NCBI GenBank assembly: GCA_963823035.1 | Contig: CAWGKG010000010.1 | Coordinates: 64,001 to 128,000, forward strand | Length of the DNA: 64,000 nt | Source: an uncultured Gemmatimonadales bacterium | GTDB taxonomy: Bacteria; Gemmatimonadota; Gemmatimonadetes; Longimicrobiales; Gaopeijiaceae | Direction of reading: 5' to 3' | Shown here: piece after piece, positions 63,346 to 64,000 of the stretch | Layout of the letters: every line of letters begins with the position of its first letter | Numbering within the stretch: the stretch's first letter is position 1 | Made by a program: the position numbers and the translations under genes | The notes under the pieces: generated by a model | What the model saw: only the letters and a program-made list of their open reading frames with translations | Databases searched by the model: none | What the model was told of the DNA's origin: nothing

Positions 63346-64000
63346 ATGAGCGACGAGAAGGGCAGGGGCCTCACCCGACACGAGTTCGATGCTGTGATCC
63401 GCCGCGCGGCGGAGATGGCGTCGTCCGAGTCGGAGCCGGGTGAGGGCGGGCTGACGGAAGCCGAGCTCTTCCGGATCGCGCGCGAGGTCGGGCTGAACGA
63501 GCGCCATGTGCGCATGGCCCTTTCCGAGGTGCGCTCGGGGCGCACCGGGGGCGGTACGCTCGACCGCATCTTCGGCCCGTCGTTCCTGCGCGCGGCCCGC
63601 GTCGTGCCTGGCACGCCCAGGGAGCTGGCGACGAAGCTGGACGACTTCTTCGCAGGTACGCAGCTCCTGCAGCCGGTGCGTCGGGGCCTCCAGGTCCTGC
63701 AGTATCGTCCGGCCGTGGACTGGGCCTCGCAGATCGCGCGCGTGGCGAGCTTCACGTCGCGGAAGTACTACATCGCCTCCGCCAAGTCCGTGGAGGTCCA
63801 CCTGGACGCCGTGGACGAAGCGAGCACGATGGTCGAGCTGGTCGTGGAGCCCGGCACGCGCGGCGACAGCGTGGGGGGCGCGGCGGTGGGCGGGGGAAGC
63901 GGGGGCGTGGGTGCCGGGATCGGCATCGGGTTCGCCGTGGTGGCGACCGGTGGGCGCGATGGCGCTCGCCATCCCCCTCGGCGTCGCGATCGCGGGCGCG
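63346..64000 (+). CDS. Hypothetical membrane protein (5' part, runs off window)
   Basis: Manual translation MSDEKGRGLTRHEFDAVIRRAAEM...ELFRIAREVGL; Gly-rich hydrophobic stretch near window end. Confidence 0.7.
   Translation, partial: MSDEKGRGLTRHEFDAVIRRAAEMASSESEPGEGGLTEAELFRIAREVGLNERHVRMALSEVRSGRTGGGTLDRIFGPSFLRAARVVPGTPRELATKLDDFFAGTQLLQPVRRGLQVLQYRPAVDWASQIARVASFTSRKYYIASAKSVEVHLDAVDEASTMVELVVEPGTRGDSVGGAAVGGGSGGVGAGIGIGFAVVATGGRDGARHPPRRRDRGR

Overview
This is a very GC-rich, gene-dense stretch of bacterial chromosome. PadR + ADOP permease pairs, a plug-like lipoprotein and many secreted peptidases suggest Gemmatimonadota or a similar lineage; this is inference, not a database result. 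I found no rRNA, tRNA, CRISPR array, transposase or phage genes. At least a dozen genes, including housekeeping ones such as asnB and the Kdo kinase, carry small frameshifts, most likely long-read consensus errors, so I rebuilt several CDSs across frames. The most notable region is 13.8-24 kb. A sigma-54 activator with an OrpR-type CX8CX3C PAS motif sits between two NifB/NifX (MTH1175/ORP-like) genes. Downstream is a recognisable sigma-54 promoter and a four-gene Hmc/DsrMKJOP-like membrane redox complex: a CCG Fe-S protein, a NarI-like cytochrome b, a 4x[4Fe-4S] protein without a Tat signal, and an NrfD-like subunit apparently fused to a six-haem cytochrome c3. A Cys-rich PAS kinase and two stand-alone receivers follow. 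A second anaerobe-style module at 0.2-5 kb encodes a receiver domain fused to a DASS/SLC13 transporter, with a CBS protein, kinase and receiver. The window also holds arsenic genes, a PorX-like REC-PglZ protein, a class A PBP, two LPS clusters, and a histone-H1-like KKAPA-repeat protein ending in a Zn-ribbon-like domain.
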